Source: Marsupella aquatica (lineage: Eukaryota; Plantae; Marchantiophyta). Taken from it: 64,000 nt of DNA. The stretch spans positions 9,373,525 through 9,437,524 of the forward strand of contig OZ316896.1 in the NCBI GenBank assembly GCA_973895155.1, written 5' to 3'. This document shows, in pieces, positions 49,431-62,726 of the stretch. Under the pieces are notes generated by a model. That model saw nothing but the letters and a program-made list of their open reading frames with translations. It had not been told where the DNA came from and made no database searches. A program made the position numbers and the translations under genes. The first letter of the stretch is position 1. Each line of letters begins with the position of its first letter.

Positions 49431-52400
49431 ATGGAGGAGCACCACTACGGTGGCGCAGCAGCAGGGGGAGGTGAATTATCGGCTGGGTCCGGAGCTGCAC
49501 GGCCGAATGGATGGTCGTCTCTCACAAGACGGCTTCGGAACCCATCGCCTCCTCCTAGAGATCCTTTCCCCCCTTTAGCGCCCACAACCAGCAGCAGCAG
49601 TGCAGTGGCAGCAGCAGAGAGTCAGCATCCTGGTCAACAAATTGAACACGGTCCCACAAATTCCGGCGGAGGAGCAGAGCAGCAGCAAAGGGGCGTCGCG
49701 TGTCATTCTCCTGCATCGTCAGCCGGGAGTTTCTCGTCCAACAATTCTGGAAGAAATAATCATCACCACAGGAATTATGACCGGCATCAGCATGATAATC
49801 AGGGTGACGCCCAGGCAGCACTTTCTTCAAATGCTGCTGCTGCTGCTAATGGATTTCTCATCGCTGCCGGAGGGTCGCCTCCGGAATCATCGTCTGGCTC
49901 AGTCGCTCCAAACTCGTTCCTTGTGAGTAGTAATCACCATCCTAAGAGGGATAGACATCGTGGGGGTCATCATCTGTCTAGAAGAGGATCCGCCGGTCCT
50001 GCATCGTCTGCAGGGTCCTTCTCCCTCAATCCCAACCCTTTCAGAGTTCAATCTGGAGCATATGATAGTCGTCTTGGAGGAGTGTTCCAGCAGCTTGGTG
50101 CTCAAGAGAATGGGAGGGAGAGAGAGGTCACCGGAGGTGCAAGAATTCGGAATGGTGAGGGCAGGAGAGAGGAGAATTCTGCTGCTGCGAGAGACGTTCT
50201 TGACGTGAGACCTGCTGTCTCTGATGGGCGATCCTCAATTGGGGACGTGGACAGGGATGTTAATAACGGCGCTCACGAACAGCAAGGGAAGGATGCTGGC
50301 GATTCCACGGCTGCAAGTAGTGCCTTCCAGGTTCCGATGGAGCCGGAGTGGGAGGAGGAGGACGTGTATCTGCGTGTCCGCTCTGATGCCCTTAAAGAAG
50401 CCAGGTCAGAATTGATTTGCTGGGACCATGAATCGAGTCTTGGATACTTTCTCAAATCAATCCTAACACTGAACCAATTTTTCAGAAATAACTATGTAAC
50501 CCCTCTACAATTTTTCCATTCACTTGGGTTTGAGAGGTGGAATTGCTCTGAGCAAAGGGCGTCATCCAGTAGCCAAGTTCAGATCTTGATAAAAATCAAC
50601 AGGGCACTTTATTCTCTTAGGGTTCATTCACTGGTTCCACGCCCATACGTTGTGTGTTTTCTAATGCCGATCTTCCATTTAATGAACTTGCTGCGGAGTG
50701 CTGATGTTATGCTGTGAACTATTAGTCTAGAAGAAGTTATCCTGACGTTGGAAAGGTTAAATCATGCGACTCAGAAACTTTAACTCATCCCGCATTTTCA
50801 AGTAAGTTCTGCCCCCAATCCAGATGGTTTAGATCCCTATCGTCCGATACATACTGAGAAGACTAGACACTGTGAGCTTTCATGATATGCGACGTTCATG
50901 CTTGGGTGGATATCAACACACAGAGTGAGCTATCGATCCTGCCTTCTGAAGCGAATTCAGAAGGTGTGCATTCATGGGCAGATCTAGAGATCGGTACTTA
51001 CTCGCAGGACTGAAGTTAAATCAGTAGTACAACGCAGCTTTCCGCTAGAGACACAATACTTCTTGAGGGCTTTCTCACTACATGTAGTTCACATCTCTGT
51101 ACCCGTGGGGTGAAGTTGTGCCCACCTCGTCGGCCAACTTGAGATGGCTAGACCGAGCACTTTTAGAAGAATTATCAGATCCATCACGATTTCTTTTGCA
51201 GTCCTTGTTCGGCAGCTATGAACTGGGTGGACTCGTAAACTTGCCTCTCCTTGTGCAGAGGTGATGTAGCTGCTTTTCACAGTTGGAAGAAATGTTGTAA
51301 CAGTCGTATGCGTAGTATTTCCCTCACATCTCTAAATAGAAAGCTTGCGGAAATTAAATGTTGCTTTGCTTCGCAAATGGATTCCGAAATTTGGCAGCTG
51401 GAGAAGTTGTAGCACAGGCAAGGATTTCCATAAACCCCTTCCCCCGGGCCACGCTACAATGCGTCTGGGTCAACTTTCAGGACTTGCCGCAAATGCGGTT
51501 TTCCTCCCCTGCTTTTGATAGAGAAGGGAACAAAACAGAATTCCGCTTTGCTCTATCAGTGCCCGTAGCTTAGAGTTCAATTGCCATTCAAGAATGATGT
51601 ACGTGATTTTTTTATACTCTCATGCCAACTTTCTCTGAGGTCGAGCCTGGAGAGACATGGTTGACTGTCTAAATTGAGGCATCTGTAAATCTATACTGTG
51701 AGATAGGTGATGTAGAATTCAGCCAATGACGAGTTTTAGGTTGTTTTATGATGGGGCAGGGCTAGAGACAAGTTTGCACGAGGTGCTTCGCAAGCCTACG
51801 TGCGTGGTGACCACAGAATGGCGAAGGTTCTTTCGAAACAAGCGGAGGAGAACCGATTACTTGCCGAGAAATTGCATGCGAAAGCAGCTGCTGAAATACT
51901 CAATCAAAGGAATGATCTAGGATCCTTTGATATTTGGCATCTGGATTTGCACGGACTGCACACTTCAGAAGCTGTTGCAGCCCTCGAAAGCCGGCTTGCA
52001 TTACTTGAACACGGACTTGCGGAAGATCAAAGGTTAGGGGTAGGCTCGTCTGCCAGTCCATCGGAGGGAGGCGGACATGATCAGGATGTTCTTGAACAAA
52101 GCCAACAACTAGACCCCAAACACAAGTTAATTCAAAGCTTGATTCCAGCATCAAAGCTCCTGTCAGTAGTCACCGGTGAGCTTATAGAGATTATATATTG
52201 TCCTGTCACTATTATGTATTCCAGTTGCTTCAGGGAATCCGTAGAATATCTGATTTCAATGCTCGCAGGGCACCGTTTTGGAGTATGTTACTATAGTAAC
52301 TGTACCACTAAAGTTCAAGCTTTGACATATGTACCTTAATCCCATCCCAGAAGTGTGTACTGAAATTCATATCTGATCAGCTATGTTTCTTTTTGATAAC

Positions 52401-52790
52401 CAGGAGTTGGAGCCCACAGCCACGGGGGACCCACCCTCCCATCTGCTGTGAAAAGTTTTCTCATTAGTAACGGGTATGATTGCAACGGCCTTCTAACATT
52501 TTTTGGTCAGCAATTTATGTCTAAGATACACTTCTTGCGTTAAGAAGCTGACGCTTTCAATTTGTTTACTCCTGCTGGAGTATCAACAGAACTTCTTTAT
52601 CAGGTTTTAAAACAAAATCGATGGCCCAATATGGACTTCATATATCCACACTGTCCTCCGACCCTAATCTATCTCAAATCTAAAATCTTGCAGGTACCAC
52701 TTGGAAGAACCAAGAGCTGGTGTTGTGTCTGTACGTCCAAAGCTTCGATTTTCCGTAAGAGAAAATTCTTTGACTTTTCCATGTTGGTGA
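49431..52790 (+). CDS. DUF1771 + Smr (small MutS-related) domain protein, 4 exons (49431-50404, 51760-52175, 52404-52473, 52694-52790), ~518 aa
   Basis: N-terminal GWSS....DPFPPL; EEDVYLRVRSDA; ASQAYVRGDH..AK.LS (DUF1771); IWHLDLHGLHTSEAVAAL; VVTGVGAHSHGGPTLPSAVKSFL..GY...RAGVVSVRPK (Smr). Exons join in frame (1557 nt). Confidence 0.9.
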
Positions 52791-55700
52791 ATCTGAACCG
52801 GCTTGCACGGAGACAGCTACAGTTGCAATTTCTGTTGTGCAATTTCTACTGAACTGAAAATGTGCAGTCTTTACATTTTTGAGTGTGAAGGAATGACGGT
52901 GCAAAACGGGCCTGGAATGTGTTGCAGAGATGAAAGTTTGCTCTGGGGTTATTACGAAGGTCAAGCACACCTCAAGGGATTGTAACTTGCAACCAGCTTT
53001 CAGTTCCTTTCTGCATAAGCACTTGACGATTAAGAGTGCAATTGTCGAACGTCGTCTGTGTGAGATATGTCCAGACCAATATCTATTTTATAAATTTATA
53101 AAGGAAATGACTTCCAGAGCCCAGAGTGCTAACAAAATGCATAGAGATGTAGACGATGAACCTCACAAGGAATCTCCTTGATGTACATTACATTTAGCAA
53201 CGGATATAGGTTGTTGCAGAATTGTTCACCACAGTAGAATTTATTTCATTATAGTAGGTGGTCGCTCCAAAGGTTTCTCTTGCTTTTCCTGGGCAGATGG
53301 TACTCAACATAAAGAGAGACTATCAGTGCATCAAGAGAGTCTATCACGAAAATTGAATGTAGTCTTTACGGCGCAATCGAGCATTTTGACCGAAGGATCG
53401 CAAGTGTCCTAGTATTGTCGATGTGACCCTTGTGTTGGAATTCCTTATCAAATAAATTTGCAGGTGATGTCACCTGTATACCGTCTGAGCCTGCAAATCA
53501 ATGCATTGGTCTCTATGGATGCCTTCGTTCCTGCACCTTAAGCTCGCATTGCGTTGCCACTTTTCTTGGCTATTATGATCATAAATTTGAAGCAACTGCT
53601 GTGTTGTTTTTTCTGATCCAATGTGCTTGATGTAGGAGATTGTGGCTTTATTTGGGTAGGAGCTGCATTGTGGTTAGGTCGTAATATCCAGGCCTGAGAG
53701 GAGCCCCGACTTATTTGTCGGTGGTCACCATCCTCTTTTCCTCCGAGTTTGCTAGACTTTGTTTTAGCGCTTAGAGACACTCCCAATTGAGTATTTCTCC
53801 CGAGGACCTGCAGTGTCAGTTGTTCAACTGAGCGACTTGCTGGATTCCGCTAAAAGCTTGAAGTCCTTCAAAGGCAGCATTGACGACAGAGAAAGGTAGT
53901 TTTCAAGCATTATCTCCCTGGTTTAGCTAGCCACTAAGTCGATGACGGTCGTTTATGTGAAAGATGCCCCAATCAAAGTATCCGACGGTTACTCTTGTTG
54001 ACAAACACGAGACAAACGATGAGCAGATACTCTATGAATTCATATAATAACCACTTCGACTTCTTTTTAGTTTTATTTTTAAGAAAAGCTAGAGTCTGCC
54101 TAATGTATTCCGAGGACCGTCGTCGGAAAAAGTCAGCAGGGCACGAAGAGAACACAAACGAGAACACAAACCAGGGGACCAGAACGCACAACCAGCAAAC
54201 GCGGCATCGGAGCTGCCCGTGCACGCCCCAAGGTCACCACCTAAAATCCTTAGGCAGTGCATGAATTAGGGGCAATAATCTATGAACAGACATGTCATGA
54301 AGAACAGACAATTATAAATCCAGCAACAAATCCTAACGACAGGGTGAACACATGTCATGAAGAACAGAATCCAGTAACTAATCCGAACGATGGGGTGAAC
54401 GACGGGGTGAACGACCCCATCACATCCTAAGGGGGAATAATATTAATCGTTCGAAGGAAGCTACCAAACTATTCGAAGGAAACTACCAAAATATGGGCCA
54501 GTGCACTAATAGTAAGCTAGGTGTGATTGACCTTAACTAGTTTGGATTGCCAGTGAGCTTATGCAGTGACATTGAGGGCTTCGCAGAAAGTATTTAGATC
54601 AACTTCTGGCAATATTCAATTCTCTACTCTGTGAATTGTAGAGTCATTTGTTGAAATGTGTGGAGTACGAACGACATCTCCGAACTATTGACTTTAGTAG
54701 GGTTCCTTTCGGCTAATTAATGATCTCACTAGTACGGAAGATTGATTCAATTGCGTCGACATCCGCCAACAACAAAAGTAAGCAGCGACGGTCATTTTCG
54801 AGTAGTACCTCAGGCAAATAACTGGCATAGAACAGGTGGTCCACTATACAACGTCTCTGAGTCATGACTGTTTGCTGACTCCGTCAATTCATGGCTTGGT
54901 GTAAATAAGATTAACATCATTTGGTGAATTGAAATGCTCAACACTTGTAACAATTCGTCCTCTCTTGAGTTGGGCCAGATATAGTAGAACTGCTAGGGAG
55001 TCCGGAACGATTTGTTTAGATTGTATCTGTCATCTGTGCCAAAGGCGTTAACCCTGGACTGCCTGAACTTGTACGCCACAAACCAGTGAAAGTGATGAGT
55101 TTCAGTGCATTACATGGTAAGTGTCCTGAGATGCATTGCAGAACGGTTTGCTAGCAAGAAGTTCTTTGTATAACATATGTTGACTTTCTGAAGGGCTGTA
55201 ATGTCCCCGGTAATGTCCTGGTAGGATGGAAGACGTTCTACCTACCGAGTAAAGACTGAGAAAACATTTGGAGGGATGTGCCATCATACATCTCAAGGTC
55301 AACTATTTGACAATTGTTAGGATTGACGGCACGAATCTTACCTGGAGGATTTGATTGGAGTTAACGCTCTCATCTGTATGAGACTTACATTGGAATGCAC
55401 ATACAGAATGATGTCCGGACAGTACCGGGACTAGCAAAACAAATTTACGTGAAGTGCGATATACACTTTGATTGTTTCTGTACAGTTATTTTTTAATTAA
55501 AGCCCCGAAAATTTCTGGGACTTACCTAGAACTGCAGATTGATCCTCTGAGTGAGATGAACGCACCATATTAAGGTGAAGTGGGAGGAGTCTGATTCACT
55601 CAGCAGCATGACTCAGATAAATCTACGAGTGCATCATTGGACGATTTCAATAAATATTATTAAGCATCACTCCCAAGAAATGACTTTCATATGAAATTAA

Positions 55701-56618
55701 CAGATGATAAGCTCCGCAACAGCTTTCTTCATTTCGAGCTGTGTTTGTTCCAGAGAGAGGTGAGAGACGTTTAGTATATTAGTAATACATTTTCATTTCT
55801 GTTCCTTTGTTTGGCTGGTTTGGTAGGATATTCTCAAAGTCCAATCCCCTCACATCTGTGGTTGTTTATGAGTAGATTTGAAGTTCAAGTTAAGTATAGA
55901 GTCAGAAAGAACGTCGACTGGGCGAGAACTACATGACAGCTCTTTCGTTTTGCTCGACGACTTGTATCTATGGACTTATTCGTATCGCTTGCCCCACTTC
56001 CCTCGTGTTCCTTTTGCATGTTTCTTTCCGTTACTATATCTCTAGTCGACGTTTTGAGTGTGAGGCCCACAGAGGGCACAATGTCTAGAAGCTCCTGCAA
56101 CCCAACACAAACTAACGTCAAGGACAATCATGGGCCCAACGAGTCCAGAGGAACTACTGTACCTTAGTTTCTGTCCCTTCTGAAAGGAAACCTTTTGTCC
56201 CTTGCTTACATGTCAAACAAAGCTATACTGTCTAATCCTGCCGTGAAGGGGATCGTATGCTTACAAAAAGGGGAAAGGCACCTCACAGTATTTTTCTGCA
56301 CTGTCAGCCTCCCCCCCTACCCCTACACCCCTCCTACCTCACCTGGCAGCCTTACCTGCCTTGCTCCTGCCAAGGCCTACCCACCTGAAAAGAAAGAAAA
56401 ATATTTTTAAATTATAGATCTATTAGGAATACTATAATCTATCATTTTTAGAAAAAACATAAGGCAAACAAAAAACAAAAGAGAAATTTGAAGAGAATCT
56501 AAATAGTGTCACGTGACCTTGTTTGGATTTTGTCAACCATGGCCCATCGTTTTTTTGCCTTGAAAACCTAACGCAGAGCATGCATTTCTATATTAAGGTA
56601 GCCACAAGGGGACAATAC

Positions 56619-56621
<3 letters not shown>

Positions 56622-56663
<42 letters not shown>
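56622..56663. repeat. (GA)n microsatellite (~20 units)
   Basis: Seen directly. Confidence 0.95.
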
Positions 56664-56668
<5 letters not shown>

Positions 56669-56850
56669 AAAAACTAAACTAGAACCCCAAAGCGGCCAGC
56701 TAGGGGCTGAGGGGATAATAGATACTCCCACCACTACACCCCACCCACACACACATACCTTCCACACCCCTTGCATGTGGAGGGAGGATTGAACCTGGGA
56801 CCTTTGGGTTCTAGGCCAACTGACCAAAGCCAATTGGTTCACCAGGGCCC
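56664..56850 (-). mobile_element. tRNA-derived SINE-like element / pseudo-tRNA
   Basis: Minus strand starts GGGCCCTGGTGAACCAATTGG (A-box-like), has AGGTCCCAGGTTCAATCC (B box) and ends in a T-run abutting (TC)n. No complete cloverleaf. Confidence 0.5.
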
Positions 56851-59800
56851 ATCTTGCATCCCAAGCACTCTCCCTCGTGCCCCCCATGGTGGGTTTTCCT
56901 GGTTGTGCCGAGACAGGACGTCTAGTGAGAGTTGGACTCTGAAGACCATACAGCAACAATTTCATAACCCTTTTCACAACAACAACAACACAGATGAATA
57001 TGACTGAATATTTTCGGGCATGTTTTTTCCCAACAACAACCTGCCACCCAGCCAAACTTAGGACAAAATTTCCGCAGCCACAAACAAGACTACACAGATG
57101 TCACGAGCGGAACAACAATACTCCCCTGCTTAATTCACCTTGATATTATTTTGTGTCATGCATGATTGGGGATTGTCGAACCGATTGACATCATGATCAC
57201 AACGATAACCTCACCAACAATTCTTTGCCTCACCTTGACATTTTATTTGTCATCCACGGTATTGTTGCACAACAACATGCAACTTGGCTGCAATGAACAT
57301 GCATGCCAAGACTACAAGGCATTGGACAATCAAGTATAAAAATTTCTCTCAATGATACATCCTCTTTGCTATATCTGTGGCTCTCTTTGAAAGCCTTTCA
57401 TGCATTTTCAATTATGTCATGGATGTGTAAGATAAAGACTCCCACTTGGCTAAGTAAAAGCATATTCAGAGCTTTTACCCCAAGGTGCTTTTCTTTTGCG
57501 AGAATGATTCTGAAAGTACATAACCATGCTTGACATCCTGGCTGTTTGGTTTTTCATCACCATGCTATTTTCTAGATCTAAGAATTTATAAAATAACTAG
57601 TGTTTTCCCCAGAATAGAATCTCCTATGATCTCTTAGAGCAGCATTGTTTTGTTATCTCTTGACTGAACGTGAATGCCCTAGACAGGCTTTCTAGAATAC
57701 TCTGCACATCATATCTCCCTAGCTAGTAGGCATTAATTTCTCAAGATCTACAGAGGTCATTCAGAGATCATTATTACAAACCAGCAAGACTTTAAGTAAT
57801 AATTGAGCAAATGAATGGTTGAAAGGAGTCCATTAAAGGCTAAAAGTATTTATCCTACCCTGTTGAGGTTCAAAGTGGTCTTCGTCTGGAGGTTGTTTTT
57901 CTGTCTTTTTCAACGATCAGACTATAGTTAAAACCATTTTGAGCACTCTATTGCTTGCCAAACTGAATTCCACATTGTTCCATGTTTGGAGTTCGCCTAG
58001 AATTCCTCAGTCCTCTCGCTGTTGTCATCTTTAGATGGCTTGAGGTTATTTCAACCCCTCTTAGTGAGCCATGTGCTTTTACTCGGAAGGTAACCTTCTG
58101 CTGACCATCCTTAACTATCACAGGCTATGTCTAAGTGAGGCAGAAACTTCCATGCGATTAAATAGATTAAGGCAATCTATTTAATCTGTGATGCAGACCT
58201 GATCTGATCTGACCTGATAGATAGATTAAGGCAATCTACAGATCAGATCAGATATGTAGCAAATGCATCACTGATTACTAAATAGTAGACATAAGATTAT
58301 CAATCTTAACGGTCAGAGGACGTACAGGAATTTGAACGACGAGTTGGAATCAGTTCACTTGCCGTGGCGTATGGCACAGTAGCACATTTTTTAATCTACC
58401 TCACGACGAGCCTCACGACACTGAAGATTAAAATATTGAATCTATGGGTTAATTTGGTATCCGCCAGAAAATTCTGTTCCATGCACTTATATATCGATGC
58501 CTACATGACTATTCACTTCTCTAGATTTATCCATAGCATCAATACTAAGCACTGTCTAAATAAGGCCTGCAGTGACGAATGCCAACCCAGCAATAGTCAG
58601 AGAACTTACAACATGAGCGGATCGATTGCCATCTTGCCAGCTTCAGGACGAGATTGGTGAGCAAATTGGATTAAAAGGTGCCGCCGCTCTTGGAACACGG
58701 TCTCCAATGTCTTGATGCGATTCGTCTTGAGCGTTACCGCCACTGATGGATTGCGGCTTGAATGTCTAAACTTTGATCCGCCGGGGATCCTGGTATCGAA
58801 TCTGCTTGCTCCACACACAAACTTGGGGTTCACTCCTGTAGTTGCGACCTGCAAATTGTCACCTCAGGCCAACTCGAGAAAAAATCATAAAATATGATGA
58901 TTATGAAGCTCGTCTGGATAACAATGCACAATGCTATAAATTCATCTGTGGATCCGAATTATGAGCCCATATCCCGGCTTCGCACTCAATCAGTGTGTAT
59001 AGGTTCTACTGTAAGTAGAAGATATCACTTGTATCTTCAGCGTGAATTTGGGATATTCCATACATTGAGGTCGAATTGTTGGCCTTTTTCGGATACGGAA
59101 TTTTGGTTGTTGAGCTGGCTATAGTACAACTATAGTAGAGATATTGAGATTGAAGTAAGAATCGTCATAAACTATTTAGGAAAACCGCATCGCACGATTT
59201 CATGGTAGCACCTAGCTAGATCTTTTGAGTCGGACTGTCCGAGCTACATTTGTCAAGAGAGGCAGTATGCTGACATATTCCGCAGGATTGAGTGAGAAGA
59301 GATTTGTGTTGTGCTTTGCCGCCGAGATCTTGACACTAAGAACTAAAAGCTTCCTCCATTGCATAATTTATCGACTCATATGGGCCTAATGATTCGATCT
59401 GTGGCATAACATGGGGTAGAAAACTAGCGAGTCGTCGAGTTGTCACTCTTAATGATATCGGTTGCTTATGAATCACCTCCCTCTCTTAATATTTGAATGT
59501 TCTTCTAGGAGCTGCTGTTCTCTTCGTTAGTCTGTGAAGTTTTTCCCTCTAGGTTTCGTCATCTCATCCAAATATACAGAAGGAAAAGGAAGAACAACCA
59601 AATTGGGGCCTACCAGAAACGTTGCCCGCAAAGCTCGGGCCTGCAATCACGACTGTAACTCAGTACTGATCTAGATTCAGGAACCGTAAAAGACGAAACT
59701 GATGAAATCTAACTGGTTAATATCCACCTCATAATCGTCATTTTTAGTCGTTGCAGGTTGTCTTTTGCAAGCTGGTTTCATGTTGACATGTTCTCTGCAC

Positions 59801-60303
59801 CGAATGTACTAGGGCGTCTCAAACCCAGGCCGTCTCAAACCCAGGCCGTAACTCATTATGGCCCTCCCGTAAGCTACGGGAGCCGATCTTCGGCTCCCGT
59901 AAGGAAACCCCACGGGCTTTTGCCTTTAGTCATAACCTTAACCACAGTCCGTTAACATTGGCGCGAATACTGTGTGCCTTTGTTGGACTATAGTGCCAAT
60001 GTTGTGAGGTAGCCAGTTCCAAACTTTGAACTCGCTCTCTTTCTCATCGAAGACGGAGAGGAGAAAACTGTGCCATGGCGATTGCAAGAGAGGAGTGGTG
60101 AATCTGGCGCAACTGCATTTCGCGAGCCTAAACCTGCAATCTGCGAGGTCCAACCTGCACATCGCGAGATCGGTAGCGCCATCTTTTCAAGCAATAAGTA
60201 AGTTTTTGCAGATGCAATTCAAGTTTTGTGTGTATACAAATTTCACAGTTTCCGATTTATGAAGTCGTGACATTGTCTTGCTAATGGCTTGTGTATGGTC
60301 GCA

Positions 60304-61451
60304 GCTTGCCTTGCTTAGAGCTGGATCTCTTCTAATTTTGAGCAGCAGGTCAGTTGTTTGGTTCTGCTTGAGAATGTGATTGTATGCAGATTTGTCGGGA
60401 TTCCGGAAAAATCATCGTCTTGACGTTGTCGTCATATGGCTTGTGTTATTGGATTAGCATGTGCATCGACATCACGTCGTGGATTACAGAAGCTTGAGCT
60501 ATACCTCTTCTACTTTCGAGCAACAAAGTGAGTTGTTGGATTGCGATAGTTGTTTGGTTGCGATACAGATTCCGCATGTATGCAGTTTTTCCGGAATTCA
60601 GGAAAAATCATCGTTGTCATATCAAATGTGTTTATATGGCTTCCGTCCAGGTTTCAAATTTGCATCGCCATCACAAGTTTTGAGCTTCTTCACTCCAACA
60701 GTAGTAGCAAGGTGAGTGCTTTCAGTTGTTCAGCTTGAAATCTTTGTAAAATTAATTGACAGTATATTCCAACTCTGTTATTACTTCCTGAATCATTTCT
60801 TCCTGTATGTAGATTGCAGAAGATGGGTCTTTGGCTGAGGTGGAGGAGAGTAGGGCCAGTGGCCAAAATGTATCTTTTGATCCATGCCTAGCCTGGGTAG
60901 TGAATTTTGAAGCTGAGAATCCATATCCACGAAAATTTGTGTATGCCTCGTGCCCTGGAAGGCTGAAGAGTGGGGGGACATGCAAGAAGTCCCTTGAGCG
61001 AGGTCCAAAGTGTGACCACGATCTGCCACCTAGCATGAGTTATAGATTCCATATTCGCATCTGTGATGCTGTCCATGTTGGGTCGGCACCATTGAGTGCC
61101 ATGATGTGGGAAGTTGCCTCAATATTCATGGGGTGCACTCCCCAAGAATTTGCAGGCTAGGGCGAGATTGAACAACTTCAATACCTCCTGGCTCTCACTC
61201 AACCATGTCCAAGAGTGAAGATCTGGCTGTCGGTTGCTGAATATGAAATAAAGGTTGAGCATCTATGTTTTATGGATGCTCATCCCCATGTGGCTCTACA
61301 GAGACCCAATCCTGGGCACGGTACTCCAAAGTCTTATGGTCGTACCCAACAGAAACCCTCCACGAGCCAAGGGAAAACTCCTGTTAAGCCAGTCAGAGAA
61401 GCAATTGACAACCTTGTTAGAGCGCTAAACCTACAGGATTTGGATGACTAG
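60304..61451 (+). pseudogene. Multi-exon RPA70 C-terminal-like (OB fold/zinc finger) gene relic
   Basis: The last exon (from ~60813) reads FVYASCPG...TCKKSL....CDH......YRFHIRICD......MMWEVASIFMGCTPQEF, matching the RPA1 DBD-C pattern. In-frame TAG at 61158-61160, and the same frame continues to 61451. Small upstream exons have canonical splice sites. Confidence 0.6.
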
Positions 61452-62726
61452 GATGGGTGGTGCAATTCCCACATTATTACCACGTCGTGCATCATCAGTT
61501 TTTCTGTAGCAACCCACATTGCATCCTTGGGCCCTCACTCTTACTATATTAAGTGAACCCCCCTGAGAACATACACCCCCCGTGTACCCCTTCTTAATAT
61601 TTTTGTTCACAAAAAAAATCTCCTTGTTAATGTAAAAATATTAACTTGTCCTGTTAAATTTTATCCTTTTGTAAATTATAATAGAGTTTTTCAAGGAATT
61701 GAAAACACCCTTGAATTTTTAAAATTGCAAATATCATACTGAAATAGATGAGACTGCATAGGGGACTTGTATGGCTGTTACGCCCAATGTTCAGGATACA
61801 TATTTTATATAGATGAACAAAATTAATACACTACAAGAATAGTTCTTCCTATAGTATACAAACAGGCATGCACTCTCCTCTTAGTGTTCGCAACAGTGCC
61901 TCTAAACTTCTAGTTTCATGAGTACTATATGTATAATTGAGGAATAATACTCCAAAGTCTGAACCAACTATAACAAACATTGGTTGAGTACCCGATACCC
62001 CCCTACACACGCAAACACATCTAGCCTCATACCTGGCTGTTTGATTCAAGAGAATTCAAAAGTAATCTTGTCTGTCCATGTGGGGTTGATCCATGAATCC
62101 CCATCAATCCCAGATTCCCAACATTTACTCAACTCCCGACTTAACTCCTAAACATGTGGGTAAACATGTCTACCCAAAACCATTTGTCCCACCATAAAGG
62201 GTCCCACAAAACTAAACTTGCCTTAAGACAACAAATAATTAAATGTCTGATTTACTATATAAACACGTGTGCAAATGAGGTGATGAGTGTATGTGTCCCA
62301 ACCATATAGTGACGTGTGTACTTGGCATTTTGGGTACCCTTGCGTAAGAATAATGTGACATGTATTTGATAAGAGCCTTATTACTAATATTGTGATGAAT
62401 GTATATACAGGGATGTTGCCTACTTTAAAAATTATTATAAAAAAAATTTTGTATTACATTAAAAATACCCTTGCATTGTTCGCACGTCCTCCCTGTATTA
62501 GTAACGCTGAGGGCCCAGGGCATTGCATTTGTCATTGATAGTAGCATACGGGGTAGCATACGTACCCTAGGAGTGTAGGGTTCGGTATAATTCCGGAATT
62601 TTGTACCTCCCAACTGAGTTTTCTCACGGGTAATAAATGTTTAGATGCAATGACATGTATGGACTGTAAATGTTACCTCTATTGTCTGAATTTCTCATGT
62701 CCATTTTCTGTGCATGAAGGAGAAAT

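Noticed and set aside
49350-50717. 455-aa single-exon protein as listed in the ORF track
   Set aside because: It starts at a non-ATG codon and reads into intron 1. The spliced model from ATG 49431 restores the DUF1771-Smr domains.
53990-55500. Old LTR retrotransposon remnant
   Set aside because: A TG-start and short direct repeats (acatgtcatgaagaacaga) are present, but no paired LTR, PBS, PPT or convincing protein motif.
56775-56850. Functional tRNA gene
   Set aside because: The acceptor and T stems do not pair properly; treated as SINE-like or pseudo.
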